This document shows, in pieces, positions 1-10,404 of a stretch of 64,000 bases of DNA. The first letter of the stretch is position 1. Every line of letters begins with the position of its first letter. The position numbers and the translations under genes are program-made. Source of the DNA: Clostridiales bacterium (GTDB lineage: Bacteria > Bacillota > Clostridia > Christensenellales > UBA1750); contig SVHB01000003.1 of the NCBI GenBank assembly GCA_015056005.1, positions 2,283 through 66,282 on the forward strand. Reading direction: 5' to 3'. The notes under the pieces were generated by a model. That model worked only from the letters and a program-made list of their open reading frames with translations. It searched no databases and was not told the origin of the DNA.

Positions 1-2
1 AC

Positions 3-731
3 GAAAGAATATGGGACGGCACTGCGCCCATCCTCTTCCCCGTTGTTGGCAGGGTCAAGGGCGGCAGCTATTTCTATGAGGATAAGGAATACAAAATGAC
101 CATCCACGGCTTTGCCATGGAAAAGGAATTTTCGCTCGTCCAAAACAGCGGCGAAAGTATCGTCCTTGCGCTTGAATCGGACGAAAGCACCAAAGCGGTG
201 TTCCCCTTTGATTTCAGGCTGGAAATAAGGTTTTCCCTAAGCGGCAGCAAGCTTCTGGCCCAGCATACCGTTATCAATAAAGGTATGGGAGCTATGTATT
301 TCTCGATAGGAGCGCACCCGGCGTTTGCATGCGATATCGGCGATACTCTTGTTTTTGAAAAGAAAGAAAACATAAAAGCGCATAAGCTTGAAAACGACCT
401 GCTCGGCCCCGCGGATGCGGATTTTCTGACCGATGAAAACGAGTGGACGATAAAAGCAGACAGCTTTGACGACGACGCATATATCCTAAACGGCCTTGCC
501 TCACGCAAGGTCACCTTAAAGCGGCGCGATGGCAGAAATGTCACCTTCCGCTTTGACGCTCCATACCTTGGCATCTGGGCAAAGCCCGGCGCAAGCTATG
601 TATGCATAGAGCCGTGGTTCGGCGTTGACGAATCCGCAGCCCACGACAGACGCCTTGTAAACCGCCCCGGCATAGTGAAGCTTGCTCAAAATGAAACCTT
701 CACGCTTTGGTATGAGGCGGAGCTTTTCTGA
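3..731 (+). CDS. aldose 1-epimerase (galactose mutarotase-like) family protein, 5' end cut by window edge
   Basis: Frame 3 is open from base 3 (ERIWDGTAPILFPVVGRVKGGSYFYEDKEYKMTIHGFA...), so listed ORF 96..731 continues upstream. The APxLFPxxGR and HGFA motifs fit the aldose epimerase family. Confidence 0.75.
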   Translation, partial: ERIWDGTAPILFPVVGRVKGGSYFYEDKEYKMTIHGFAMEKEFSLVQNSGESIVLALESDESTKAVFPFDFRLEIRFSLSGSKLLAQHTVINKGMGAMYFSIGAHPAFACDIGDTLVFEKKENIKAHKLENDLLGPADADFLTDENEWTIKADSFDDDAYILNGLASRKVTLKRRDGRNVTFRFDAPYLGIWAKPGASYVCIEPWFGVDESAAHDRRLVNRPGIVKLAQNETFTLWYEAELF

Positions 732-743
732 AAAAATGAATAT

Positions 744-786
744 AAAAAAACTTGCTTTGCACGATCGCAAAGCAAGTTTTGTTTTT
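744..786. terminator. bidirectional intrinsic terminator between convergent genes
   Basis: 10-bp stem cttgctttgc/gcaaagcaag (751-776) with an A-run upstream and ttttgttttt downstream. Confidence 0.6.
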
Positions 787-808
787 ATCTGGGGTTATTT
801 GAGGATGT

Positions 809-1060
809 TTATTCGGAAAGAAATTCGCTTATTGCTTTCATTGCACGTTTTTCGTCCACGCCGTCGATCTCGAAGGTGAGGGCGCTGCCGGAGATGGCGC
901 CGAGGGAAAGCACGCCCATCATGGACTTAGCGTTGATGAAAACACTGCCGCGCCTTATCATGACGGAAGAAGAATACTTGCAGGCAAGCTGCACCAAAAG
1001 CGCGGCGTTGAGCGCGTTCAATCCGTCTGCCTTTTTGAGGACTATCTCTTTTATCAACAT
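809..1060 (-). CDS. HPr-family phosphocarrier paralogue (Crh-like, lacks His15)
   Basis: 83 aa with the HPr fold signature NAKSMMGVLSLG (Ser46 motif). The His15 position reads GLNALNA (Asn). It lies downstream of whiA, as crh does in Bacillus-type operons. Confidence 0.8.
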   Translation of the reverse strand: MLIKEIVLKKADGLNALNAALLVQLACKYSSSVMIRRGSVFINAKSMMGVLSLGAISGSALTFEIDGVDEKRAMKAISEFLSE

Positions 1061-1088
1061 AGCTGCTCCTCCTGTATGTAAAAATATT

Positions 1089-2045
1089 TTATTCCATATC
1101 GTTTTCGCCGCGAAGCTCGGCTGCGAGCTTGCGAAGCTTTGAAAGCCTGTGGTTTACGCAGGATTTGCTCTGCGCAGGTACATGCAGATCGCCCAGATCC
1201 TGCAGGGTCGCCTCGGGATATTCGAGCCTGAGCTCTGCGGTCTCGCGAAGCCCTTTGTTGAGCGTTGGGAATTTGCCGCTGTCAATGATAAGGTTAATGT
1301 CGTCTATCTGGTTCTGAGCCGCGATGCTCGTTTTTTCAAAATTGGCTGTCTCGCAGTTCATGGCGCGGTTCACGTTATTGCGGATATCCTTCATTATGCG
1401 GGTGTTTTCGATCTTGAAAACGCTTGCGCTTGCGCCTGCGAGGGAAAGGAAATCGATAACGCTCTCGCTCTCCTTCAAGTATACCACATAAACGGATTTT
1501 CGCTGCACCGTTTTTGCGTTAAGCCCGTAAACTTTAAGAAAATCGCAGAGACTTTGGGCATAGGGCTCGTTTGCGCATATGAGCTCTATGCTGTATGCCT
1601 TGGTGGGCTCGGTCGCCGTACCACCTGCCAAAAACGCGCCCCTTATGTACGCCCTTTTGCAGCACTCGTTTTCCGTGAGATCTTTGGGCACGCCGCTCAA
1701 AAACTCGCGCCCGTCCTTGGTGTGCGTTATCAGCCCGCAGCTTTCAAGGATTATCCCCGCAGCCTCGCTGTCGGAAACATCCAGCACATACTGAGTGTTC
1801 TGGTTCATGTTGCTGCGCTTTTTTGCGCCAACGGAGCATTTTTCGCCCGTTAAAAGCTTTACAAGCGAAAACGCGTACCTTGCAACCGCGGGGTTATCGC
1901 TGGCAAATCTCAGCCCAAGCCCGCCCCTTGTGAGGTAAAGCGAGCCGCCAAGAGCCAGCATTCCCGAAAGCTCGGCAAGATTGCAGCAGGCGTTGTTGTC
2001 GCTGTTGCTGATAAGCTCGGTTTTTACATCGGAAGAAAATGACAT
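1089..2045 (-). CDS. whiA: DNA-binding protein WhiA
   Basis: 318 aa with N-terminus MSFSSDVKTEL and a C-terminal HTH region (TLQDLGD...SKSCVNHRLSKL) typical of WhiA. It follows rapZ. Confidence 0.9.
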   Translation of the reverse strand: MSFSSDVKTELISNSDNNACCNLAELSGMLALGGSLYLTRGGLGLRFASDNPAVARYAFSLVKLLTGEKCSVGAKKRSNMNQNTQYVLDVSDSEAAGIILESCGLITHTKDGREFLSGVPKDLTENECCKRAYIRGAFLAGGTATEPTKAYSIELICANEPYAQSLCDFLKVYGLNAKTVQRKSVYVVYLKESESVIDFLSLAGASASVFKIENTRIMKDIRNNVNRAMNCETANFEKTSIAAQNQIDDINLIIDSGKFPTLNKGLRETAELRLEYPEATLQDLGDLHVPAQSKSCVNHRLSKLRKLAAELRGENDME

Positions 2046-2899
2046 CAGCGTTTCAGCTCCCTGTGACGAACGTCGACCATGTATCCGCTCTGACCCAGCA
2101 TATACCCAAGCGCCCTTGCGATCGAGACCGATCTGTGCTGACCGCCGGTGCAGCCTATTGCTATGCAGGGATACTTGTTGCCTTCCCTTATATAGAAGGG
2201 AAGAACAAAGAGCAGAAGCTCTTTGAGCTTGTCCAGAAACTGCTCTGCTTCGGGGAAGCTCATGACATATGAATATACGGCTGCGTCAAGACCCGTCTGG
2301 TTTTTAAGCTCGGGTATGTAATAGGGGTTGGGCAGAAAGCGCGCGTCGAACACGAGGTCCGCCTCCTGCGGCACGCCTTTTTTGAAGCCGAAGCTCATTA
2401 TTGAAAGCGTGGGAGCGGACGCGGATTCGTCGGGCCTGTATATGGAAAGCACCGTGCGCCAAAGCTCCTTGGTCTGCATGTTCGATGTATCGATTATAAG
2501 GCTTGCTCTGTCCCTTATGGGCTGAAGCACATTGCGCTCGTAGGCTATGCATTCTTCAAGGCTCATCTGCTTTTCTTCCATCGGATGAGTGCGCCTTGTT
2601 TCCTTATAGCGGTTGATTATAACGCTGTCTGTGGCTTCAAGGAAAAGTATTTCCGTCTGAACGCCTGCGCTCTCGACCGCGTCGAGCGCTTCGTTTATTC
2701 CGTCAAGGAAAATGCTTCCGCGGGTGTCTACCACCACCGCAGTCTCGCTTATCTCGCCCGAATTTTCGCAGGTCTTGATAAACTGGGGGATCATCACCGG
2801 GGGGAGATTATCCACGCAGTAAAAACCGATATCTTCAAGCACCCTGATGATCTGGGTCTTGCCTGCGCCGGAAAGCCCCGTCACGAGCACCATTCTCAT
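2045..2899 (-). CDS. rapZ: RNase adapter / nucleotide-binding protein RapZ (YvcJ)
   Basis: MRMVLVTGLSGAGKTQIIRVLEDIGFYCVDNLPP Walker A N-terminus and C-terminal CTGGQHRSV motif. Confidence 0.9.
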   Translation of the reverse strand: MRMVLVTGLSGAGKTQIIRVLEDIGFYCVDNLPPVMIPQFIKTCENSGEISETAVVVDTRGSIFLDGINEALDAVESAGVQTEILFLEATDSVIINRYKETRRTHPMEEKQMSLEECIAYERNVLQPIRDRASLIIDTSNMQTKELWRTVLSIYRPDESASAPTLSIMSFGFKKGVPQEADLVFDARFLPNPYYIPELKNQTGLDAAVYSYVMSFPEAEQFLDKLKELLLFVLPFYIREGNKYPCIAIGCTGGQHRSVSIARALGYMLGQSGYMVDVRHRELKR

Positions 2900-2923
2900 A
2901 TGTTTATCCTCCGTTATATCCGA

Positions 2924-3805
2924 TCAGATAAATCTGACCTCGGGCTCAAGCGTTACGCCTTTTTTGTTATAAACTTCTTCTTTAACAGCATTGATAAGCG
3001 CGATAATATCGCCTGTTGTGGCACCGCCGATGTTCACTATGAACCCCGCGTGCTTTTTTGATACCTCCGCGCCGCCGATGCGCCTTCCTTTTAGGCCGCA
3101 TTCGTCTATGAGCGCCGCAGCGAAATATCCTTCGGGGCGCTTGAAGGTCGACCCGGCGCTGGGCAGCTCCACGGGCTGCTTTTGCTCCCTTGCGGCCTTG
3201 AGCTCATCCATCCTTTGCTTTATAAGCTCTCTGTCGCCTTTGTTTAAGGTGTATGTAATGTCTGTTACTATATCGTCGGTGCCCATAAGTGCGCTGTGGC
3301 GGTAGGAAAGATCGAGTTCATCCTTTGTGACCTCTATAACTTCGCCGCGTCTTATAAGCCTTGCGCTTTTTACGATATGGCTCATCTCGCCGCCGTAAGC
3401 TCCCGCGTTCATGGTCAGCGCGCCGCCCACGCTGCCGGGGATGCCGCAGGCAAATTCAAAGCCCGTCAACGAATTTTCAAGCGCTGTTGATGCGACCTTG
3501 GGCAAAAGCGCACCGGCACAGGCGGTGATCTCGCATCCGTTTACCGTAATTTCGGAAAACGCCTTGCCCAGCTTTATGATAAGTCCATTGTAACCCGAAT
3601 CGGGGGCAATGGTGTTGCTGCCGTTGCCAAGTATATAAAAGCGAACGCCGTTTTCCTTTGCCCAGCTTACCGCATTTTTTATATCGGCTATATTTTCGCA
3701 CAGCAAAAGCGCGCGGGCATTGCCTCCCGTGCGGAAAGTGGTGTGCTTTGAAAGGGGCTCGTCAAAAAGCAGTTCGCCCTTGTGATCAAAATCAAAAGAA
3801 TGCAT
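2924..3805 (-). CDS. murB: UDP-N-acetylenolpyruvoylglucosamine reductase
   Basis: LSKHTTFRTGGNA and GNGSN motifs. I chose the internal ATG at 3805 (AGGTGA RBS 7 nt upstream) rather than the ORF start at 3892, which would overlap the upstream gene. Confidence 0.9.
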   Translation of the reverse strand: MHSFDFDHKGELLFDEPLSKHTTFRTGGNARALLLCENIADIKNAVSWAKENGVRFYILGNGSNTIAPDSGYNGLIIKLGKAFSEITVNGCEITACAGALLPKVASTALENSLTGFEFACGIPGSVGGALTMNAGAYGGEMSHIVKSARLIRRGEVIEVTKDELDLSYRHSALMGTDDIVTDITYTLNKGDRELIKQRMDELKAAREQKQPVELPSAGSTFKRPEGYFAAALIDECGLKGRRIGGAEVSKKHAGFIVNIGGATTGDIIALINAVKEEVYNKKGVTLEPEVRFI

Positions 3806-3824
3806 TATATCACCTGATTTTATT

Positions 3825-4955
3825 CTACCGCAAATCACGCAATTTATCAAGCACTGCCTTGAGCGAAGCGATTGTATCCGCCGTGTCTGCACCGCCTGCT
3901 TCCGAAGAACGGATTTCTTTCAGCTGCTCAGACCATGAAAACATATTTGGTACTGTGAGGTCTGAGGACATGAGCTTATCCTCTATAGACCTCATCACCG
4001 TGCCCTCGTCATAAAGCGGCAGGGCGGTATTTATTGAAAAAGCTCCGATGTCTTTAAGCCCTGCCTGGATCTTTTCGCTTTGCAGAAATTCGCCAAAGGA
4101 CAAAAGCACATCCGCTCGGCTTTGACTGTCATGCTTTTTTGTGTCCGTAATATACATCGCAAGCAGCTGATCGGTAAAATCACCGGCAAGCCCCAGTCCC
4201 TGCCATGGGAAAGCGCTGCCGCCGGCTTCCAGCTTGCGCATCCTGTACACTTCCTTTTGTGTGCATGCATAGGCCGCGCTTTTTTTGTCCAGCACAAAAT
4301 CCGCCCATGCATCCGATACGCTGCGGCGAAAGATGCTTTTAGAAAAATGAGCGCAGTCCTCGTAATCTATCTCCAGCATGGAAACAAGCCCAAGGCTGTA
4401 TGAGATATACTCGCTTTGGGGGCAGGAAAGCGCAGGCGTTTTTTCGCTTGCAAGCATTGAAATATCCCCCGAAAAACCTTCTAAGAGCGATTTATCCGCA
4501 ATTATCGTGTATCCGCCCGCGGCTATCGGCATGCCGCAGCTTGTATCAAGGTAAACCAGAGCATCCGAAAAAGGTTTATATGCGCTGCCCGGGCTTACGG
4601 GCAGGAGCCTGCCCGCGTTTTTTATGACGCCGGGACCGCAGATGACCGCGTCGGGCAGCCCCTCGCCCGATGATAAAGCCTTTTCAACAACAAAGGGCGT
4701 TACGCTTTCAAGCTTTATCAGTATCCCCTCGTTTTTCTTTTCAAATGATTTTATTGAATCTCTTAGCCAGCCGTAGAAGCTGCCCGACCCCGGGTAAAAG
4801 GTCTCGCAAAGCCAGACTTCGATAACGCCCTGCCAAGCGGGCTCCTTCTGCTCGCGTATGATTTTCCTGTAATCTATGGGCGGCGAAGTCAGAAGCGGGA
4901 AAAGCAGCACAAAACCCGATATGAACGCCAGCAAAAGCGCAATATATTTTTTCAT
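3825..4955 (-). CDS. membrane-anchored solute-binding-protein-like protein, function unknown
   Basis: Start at MKKYIALLLAFISGFVLLF (GGGAGG RBS) with one N-terminal TM/signal anchor. The rest resembles extracellular solute-binding folds only loosely. Confidence 0.5.
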   Translation of the reverse strand: MKKYIALLLAFISGFVLLFPLLTSPPIDYRKIIREQKEPAWQGVIEVWLCETFYPGSGSFYGWLRDSIKSFEKKNEGILIKLESVTPFVVEKALSSGEGLPDAVICGPGVIKNAGRLLPVSPGSAYKPFSDALVYLDTSCGMPIAAGGYTIIADKSLLEGFSGDISMLASEKTPALSCPQSEYISYSLGLVSMLEIDYEDCAHFSKSIFRRSVSDAWADFVLDKKSAAYACTQKEVYRMRKLEAGGSAFPWQGLGLAGDFTDQLLAMYITDTKKHDSQSRADVLLSFGEFLQSEKIQAGLKDIGAFSINTALPLYDEGTVMRSIEDKLMSSDLTVPNMFSWSEQLKEIRSSEAGGADTADTIASLKAVLDKLRDLR

Positions 4956-5055
4956 TCTCCCGCCTCCCCAAATAATATCGCTATAATAATATTGACAAAA
5001 CCGACCTGATATGTCATAATAAAAGATGCCGTTCAAGCGGCGAAAAGAATAAATT

Positions 5056-5132
5056 GCACCTATAGCTCAGCAGGATAGAGCGGTCGCCTCCTAAGCGACA
5101 GGCCACAGGTTCGAATCCTGTTAGGTGCGCCA
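5056..5132 (+). tRNA. tRNA-Arg (anticodon CCT)
   Basis: Cloverleaf gcaccta...taggtgc-g-cca, anticodon loop ctCCTaa, T-arm ggttcgaatcc. Confidence 0.9.
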
Positions 5133-5133
5133 G

Positions 5134-5162
5134 AAAACCTCGGATTTGTTCCGAGGTTTTTT
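5134..5162 (+). terminator. intrinsic terminator after tRNA-Arg
   Basis: Stem aacctcgg/ccgaggtt followed by a T-run. Confidence 0.6.
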
Positions 5163-5251
5163 ACATTCTTTCTTATCAGCAGATCACACTTCCATTTTTC
5201 AAAAACAAATGCTAAAATAAAGATATACCTGCTTTGCGGAGGAAAATATAT

Positions 5252-7228
5252 ATGTTTTCTTATTCAAACAACGGCTGCACCGTAAGAACGGACGGAGCGG
5301 TTCTTATTGTTGAAAATGCGCTCACCAAAAGGGTTTTTGCGCTCAAAAACGGCATGCTTTTGACCAAGTATATCCTTGATAAGGAAACTGGATATGTTTT
5401 CGGGCGTGCTGAGGATGAAAGCGGAAGTTTTGATGCGGAAATTTCGGTCATGTTTGACGATGATTCGGGCAGGACAAAGCGGCATCTTATGATAAATGTT
5501 TCATCGCAGGACGGGTTTGGGAGAAATGTGGAGCATGTGCTGCGCCTTTTTGATGATTCGCCTTTTATTTCCGTAAACAGAAGAGTTTTCGGTATGCCGA
5601 TAAAGGCGGATATAGGCAAAGAGCAGGAGTTTGACGGTGTTGAGGCGCTTTATAAAAGCGATGAAAGCGATACAGCTGTGTTTGACGATATCTGCGATGT
5701 GTTTTCTTTGCCCAAAGCGCATCTGAAGGCGAAAAGCGTCCGCCTGTTTGATAAAACCGACAGAAACGATACCCTCGTAAAAGAAGATGAGCAGCTTATC
5801 TATTCAAGGCAGAACTATGCCTGCGAGGGAAATATACTTATACTTTCCGATTATATAAGCGGCGTTTCTTTGATGGTGATCAAGGACGCGCCGACCCATT
5901 TAAGCTCGGTGGGCGGCTGCGGCGTGGATTTTTATATCCGCTCGGGGCTTTTGAGCGTTGTGGGTACGGGCTTTGACGGAAGCATAGAAAACGGCGCAAG
6001 CTTGTACGGGAGCATAGCCGGTATCGGAAAAACCGAAGATATCGAAATGCTTTATAAGCGCTACGACAATGAGACGGCTTTAGGGGATAAAAACAGGCGT
6101 ACCTTTGTTATGTCAAACACCTGGGGCGACCGCAGCCGCGATGCCTCGCTTTGCGAGGAATTCATGCTGCGTGAGATCGATATCGCGCATAAGCTCGGCG
6201 TTGATATCGTCCAGATAGACGACGGCTGGCAGCAGGGCGTGAGCGCAAACTCGATAAGGGGCGCGGGCGCATGGAGCGGATATTACGATATGGACGAGAG
6301 CTTCTGGGCTGTGAACACAGAGCGCTTCCCCAACGGCTTAAAGCCGCTTATCGACAGGGCGAATGAATACGGCATAGAGCTCGGGCTCTGGTTTGGTCCA
6401 GATTCTTCAAACGATTTTGCAAATTATAAAAAGGACGTGCGCTCCATACTTTCCCTGTACAGGCAGTACGGGATCAGGCATTTCAAGCTCGACAGCGTGA
6501 ATTTCACCAAAAAGCTTGGCGAGGAAAACTTTATTGCCTTAATGAAAGCAGTGCAGGAAGAGACCAAAAACTACGTGGTCTTTAACCTTGATGTAACAGC
6601 GCAGAACCGTCTGGGCTATGTGCATGAGAAAAACCACGGCACGATATTCGTGGAAAACCGCTATACCGACTGGGGCAATTATTACCCGCACAATACCCTT
6701 AAAAACCTTTGGATGCTCAGCAGGTATATCCCAAGCAGAAGGCTGCTCTTTGAGGTGCTCAACAACAAGCGCAACGGGGATAAGTACGAGGGCGATCCGC
6801 TTGCGCCCATAAATTATACCATCGACTATGAGTTTGCCTCGGTTATGCTTTCCAATCCGCTCATCTGGATGGAAATGAGCGGGCTTGAAAGCGGCGATGC
6901 CGATGCTCTTTCAAAGATCTCCAAAGTATATCGAATTCACAGGGATGCTCTTTGGGATGCCGACATAAAGCCTATAGGAAGCTGCCCCGACGGCACATCG
7001 TTTGCGGGGTTTGAAGCAATATGCAAAGACGGCAGCGTGTATGTTCTGCTGCTGAGGGAAAAGAGCGGCATGGGAGAATATGAATATCATCTGTCAAAGG
7101 ATGTATCCGGTTTAAATATGAGCCTGCTTATATCAAATGATGAAAACGCACAGGTCAGCCCCATAGGGAAACGCATAGTGTTTAATTGCGGCAAGGATTT
7201 TTCCTATCTGTTCGCAAAGCTTTCGTGA
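5252..7228 (+). CDS. alpha-galactosidase-like glycoside hydrolase (GH36/melibiase-type TIM barrel)
   Basis: VQIDDGWQ and RHFKLDSVNF motifs resemble the GH36 DDGW/KxD catalytic region. ATG at 5252 has a GGAGG RBS. Confidence 0.55.
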   Translation: MFSYSNNGCTVRTDGAVLIVENALTKRVFALKNGMLLTKYILDKETGYVFGRAEDESGSFDAEISVMFDDDSGRTKRHLMINVSSQDGFGRNVEHVLRLFDDSPFISVNRRVFGMPIKADIGKEQEFDGVEALYKSDESDTAVFDDICDVFSLPKAHLKAKSVRLFDKTDRNDTLVKEDEQLIYSRQNYACEGNILILSDYISGVSLMVIKDAPTHLSSVGGCGVDFYIRSGLLSVVGTGFDGSIENGASLYGSIAGIGKTEDIEMLYKRYDNETALGDKNRRTFVMSNTWGDRSRDASLCEEFMLREIDIAHKLGVDIVQIDDGWQQGVSANSIRGAGAWSGYYDMDESFWAVNTERFPNGLKPLIDRANEYGIELGLWFGPDSSNDFANYKKDVRSILSLYRQYGIRHFKLDSVNFTKKLGEENFIALMKAVQEETKNYVVFNLDVTAQNRLGYVHEKNHGTIFVENRYTDWGNYYPHNTLKNLWMLSRYIPSRRLLFEVLNNKRNGDKYEGDPLAPINYTIDYEFASVMLSNPLIWMEMSGLESGDADALSKISKVYRIHRDALWDADIKPIGSCPDGTSFAGFEAICKDGSVYVLLLREKSGMGEYEYHLSKDVSGLNMSLLISNDENAQVSPIGKRIVFNCGKDFSYLFAKLS

Positions 7229-7331
7229 GTTTGACAGGCGTTTTTGAAGTATTGCATAAGGGCTTGTTTTTATGGATATACAGGGTATAATTAACATATA
7301 AAGGCATAAAAATCTAACCTATGGATGGTGT

Positions 7332-8924
7332 ATGATGAGAAAAGTATTTTATAACGGCATCGTTTATACGGGCGAGCAGACCCTTTCCCATGCGTTTGTC
7401 GTTGAAGGGGATAAATTCATATTCGTTGGCGAAAACGATGAAGCGCTCTCATTTGATGCGGATGAAAAGATCGACCTTTCGGGAGCTTTTGTTTGCGCGG
7501 GCTTCAACGACAGCCATATGCACCTTTTGAATTTCGGTCAGAGCCTTATGAACGCACCTCTTGCAAAGCATACGGGCTCGCTTTCCGATATGATAGACTG
7601 CCTTAAAAACGCAAAGCCGGGCAGAGGCGGCTGGGTCATCGGCAGGGGCTGGAATCAGGATTATTTTACGGATACCGATAAAATGCCCACGAGGTGGGAT
7701 CTTGATAAAGCGTCTTTAGATCACCCCGTTTGCGCCACAAGGGCTTGCGGGCATGCGCTTTGCGTGAACAGCAAGACTTTGGAGCTGTTGGGGCTGTCAT
7801 CAGATATAAAAAGCCCGGAGGGCGGCAGCATAGGCATGGAAAACGGAGAGCTCAACGGTCTGTTTTTTGATAACGCCATGGAGCTTATATATTCCAAAAT
7901 GCCCGCGCCCAAAAAGGAAGATGTAAAGGATATGCTGCTGCTTGCGGCAAAGGAGCTCAATTCCTACGGCATAACCTCCTGCCAGAGCGATGATTACTGC
8001 GTTTTTAAGGGACTTTCTTGGGAAACTGTGAACGAAGCGTATGAGGAACTTATCAAAGAGGGCAGGCTCACGGTCAGGGTATATGAGCAGGCGAATTTCT
8101 CCGATCTTGATGAACTGCGTGATTTTATCCAAAAAGGCAATGTGACAGGCAAGGGCGATCATAATTTCAAAATCGGCCCTTTGAAGATGCTTGGCGACGG
8201 TGCGCTTGGTGCAAGGACTGCGCTCCTTTCCCGTCCCTATGCCGATGATAATACCACAAACGGGCTTGGCGTGTTCACTCAGGAAGAGTTTGATGCTCTG
8301 ATAGGCCTTGCAAATAAGAATGGGATGCAGGCAGCGGTTCACGCAATAGGCGACAAATGCCTTGATATGGTGCTTTCAAGCTATGAAAAGGCTTTGGGTG
8401 AGCATCCAAGGGAAGATCATCGCCACGGCATCGTCCACTGCCAGATCACCCGCCCCGATCAGCTTGAGAAAATGATAAAAATGAAGCTCAACATATACGC
8501 TCAGAGCATTTTCCTTGATTACGATATCCATATCGTAAACGAAAGGGTGGGCAAGGAGCTGGCGGGCACGTCCTACAGCTGGAAAACGCTCATGGACGGC
8601 GGACTGAATGTAAGCAACGGCAGCGACTGCCCTGTGGAGCTGCCAAACGTCCTTGGCGGGATATACTGCGCGGTCACAAGGCGCGACCTTAAAGGCTGTG
8701 AGCCCTATCTTGAAGATCAGGCGTTTACCGTCAAAGAGGCGATAGACAGCTTTACCCAAAACAGCGCTGTATCAAGCTTTGAGGAAAATATAAAGGGCAG
8801 GATAAAGGAAGGCTTCCTTGCCGATTTCACCGTGCTTGACAAAGACCTTTTTTCAATAGACCCAAGCGAAATAAGCGATGTAAAAGTCATAGGCACTTAT
8901 CTTGGCGGCAAAAAGGTATATTGA
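7332..8924 (+). CDS. metal-dependent amidohydrolase (YtcJ-like, amidohydrolase 3 family)
   Basis: GFNDSHMHLL N-terminal metal motif, AVHAIGD, and a C-terminal GSDCPVE motif. Confidence 0.75.
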   Translation: MMRKVFYNGIVYTGEQTLSHAFVVEGDKFIFVGENDEALSFDADEKIDLSGAFVCAGFNDSHMHLLNFGQSLMNAPLAKHTGSLSDMIDCLKNAKPGRGGWVIGRGWNQDYFTDTDKMPTRWDLDKASLDHPVCATRACGHALCVNSKTLELLGLSSDIKSPEGGSIGMENGELNGLFFDNAMELIYSKMPAPKKEDVKDMLLLAAKELNSYGITSCQSDDYCVFKGLSWETVNEAYEELIKEGRLTVRVYEQANFSDLDELRDFIQKGNVTGKGDHNFKIGPLKMLGDGALGARTALLSRPYADDNTTNGLGVFTQEEFDALIGLANKNGMQAAVHAIGDKCLDMVLSSYEKALGEHPREDHRHGIVHCQITRPDQLEKMIKMKLNIYAQSIFLDYDIHIVNERVGKELAGTSYSWKTLMDGGLNVSNGSDCPVELPNVLGGIYCAVTRRDLKGCEPYLEDQAFTVKEAIDSFTQNSAVSSFEENIKGRIKEGFLADFTVLDKDLFSIDPSEISDVKVIGTYLGGKKVY

Positions 8925-8943
8925 ACCGTAGGGAGGGGATAGT

Positions 8944-10317
8944 TTGAAGGAGTTTTTGAAAACAGCGGCGGCTGTAAAGCCGAGCCAAAGGCAGCTTGAT
9001 TGGTTTGATGTGGGCTTTTATGCGTTTATCCATTTCGGCGTGAACACGTTTACCGACCGCGAGTGGGGCTTGGGAAACGAGGACGAAGGAATATTCAACC
9101 CTCAAAAGCTTAACTGCGATCAGTGGGTGGCTGCGGCAAAATCAGCGGGGATGAAAGGTCTCATACTCACCGCAAAGCATCATGACGGCTTCTGCCTCTG
9201 GCCCAGCAAGTTTACCGAGCACAGCGTAAAGAACAGCCCCATAAAGCGAGATATCGTGCGCGAAGCGGCGGATGCCTGCAGACGCGGCGGCATCAAATTC
9301 GGTTTCTATCTCTCACCTTGGGACAGGAACAGCAAATACTACGGCACCGAAGAATACAATGACTATTTCTGCAATCAGCTGACCGAGCTTTTGACCGGGT
9401 ACGGCGATATTTTCTGCGTCTGGTTCGACGGCGCCTGCGGTGAAGGGCCGAACGGCAAAAAGCAGGTTTACGATTTTGACAGATACATAAAGCTCATAAG
9501 GCAGTATCAGCCGGGCGCGGTCATCTTCAACGATGCAGGTCCCGATGTAAGGTGGGTCGGCAATGAAGCCGGTAAGGCAAGATACGCAGAATGGGCGGTT
9601 GTGCCTTGCGAGCTCTGCTTCAGATCACAGGTGCAGACAGGCCCCGCGCCCATGGCGGAGCTTGGCAGCCTTGAATATATGTACAACACCGATAAGGACA
9701 TAGGTTCTGTCAACAACATCATGTATTCAAAGGGGCTTGCCTTTACCCCTTCCGAGATAGACATGTCCATCCGCCCCGGCTGGTTCTGGCATGAATATGA
9801 AGAGCCGCACAGCCTTGAAAGGCTTTTCAGGACATGGCTCACCTCCTACGGTGCAAACGCCTGCCTGAACCTGAACCTTCCTCCAAACAGGGACGGTTTT
9901 ATAGACGAAAGGGATGTAAAGCGCCTTAAAGAGCTGGGTGAACTTATCAAAAAGGAGTTCGGCAGCCCAATAAAGGCAAACGTAAAAAAGGCAGGCGATA
10001 CCCCTGTAACTCAGCCCAAATACGAGATCACCTTTGAAACCGACGTCCGTGATATCAAGTATGTTGAGATCATGGAAGACATCGCAAAGGGACAGCGCAT
10101 AGAAACCTTCCGCATCATTGCCGATACTCAAAGCGGCGCGCAATACCCTCTCTATCAGGGCACCTGCGTGGGCAACAGAAAGATATGTGTCTTAAAAGAC
10201 CCGTTTGAGGACCAAAACCCGCTTTTAAGGGACAAGGAAGACAGTTTCAAAAAGCTTACCGTATTTGTGACATCGGCAAGGGATGAGGTATTTATAAAGG
10301 GCATAAAGGTGTATTGA
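8944..10317 (+). CDS. alpha-L-fucosidase (GH29)
   Basis: FIHFGVNTFTDREWG and TAKHHDGFCLWPSK motifs. TTG start 6 nt after GGGAGGGG. Confidence 0.85.
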   Translation: MKEFLKTAAAVKPSQRQLDWFDVGFYAFIHFGVNTFTDREWGLGNEDEGIFNPQKLNCDQWVAAAKSAGMKGLILTAKHHDGFCLWPSKFTEHSVKNSPIKRDIVREAADACRRGGIKFGFYLSPWDRNSKYYGTEEYNDYFCNQLTELLTGYGDIFCVWFDGACGEGPNGKKQVYDFDRYIKLIRQYQPGAVIFNDAGPDVRWVGNEAGKARYAEWAVVPCELCFRSQVQTGPAPMAELGSLEYMYNTDKDIGSVNNIMYSKGLAFTPSEIDMSIRPGWFWHEYEEPHSLERLFRTWLTSYGANACLNLNLPPNRDGFIDERDVKRLKELGELIKKEFGSPIKANVKKAGDTPVTQPKYEITFETDVRDIKYVEIMEDIAKGQRIETFRIIADTQSGAQYPLYQGTCVGNRKICVLKDPFEDQNPLLRDKEDSFKKLTVFVTSARDEVFIKGIKVY

Positions 10318-10404
10318 AATAAAAATTTTCGCTGCTCTGTGTTATGACCGATAAATATGATACAATACACATATCGATAAAAAACTGTAATGGGAGTGAA
10401 ACTA

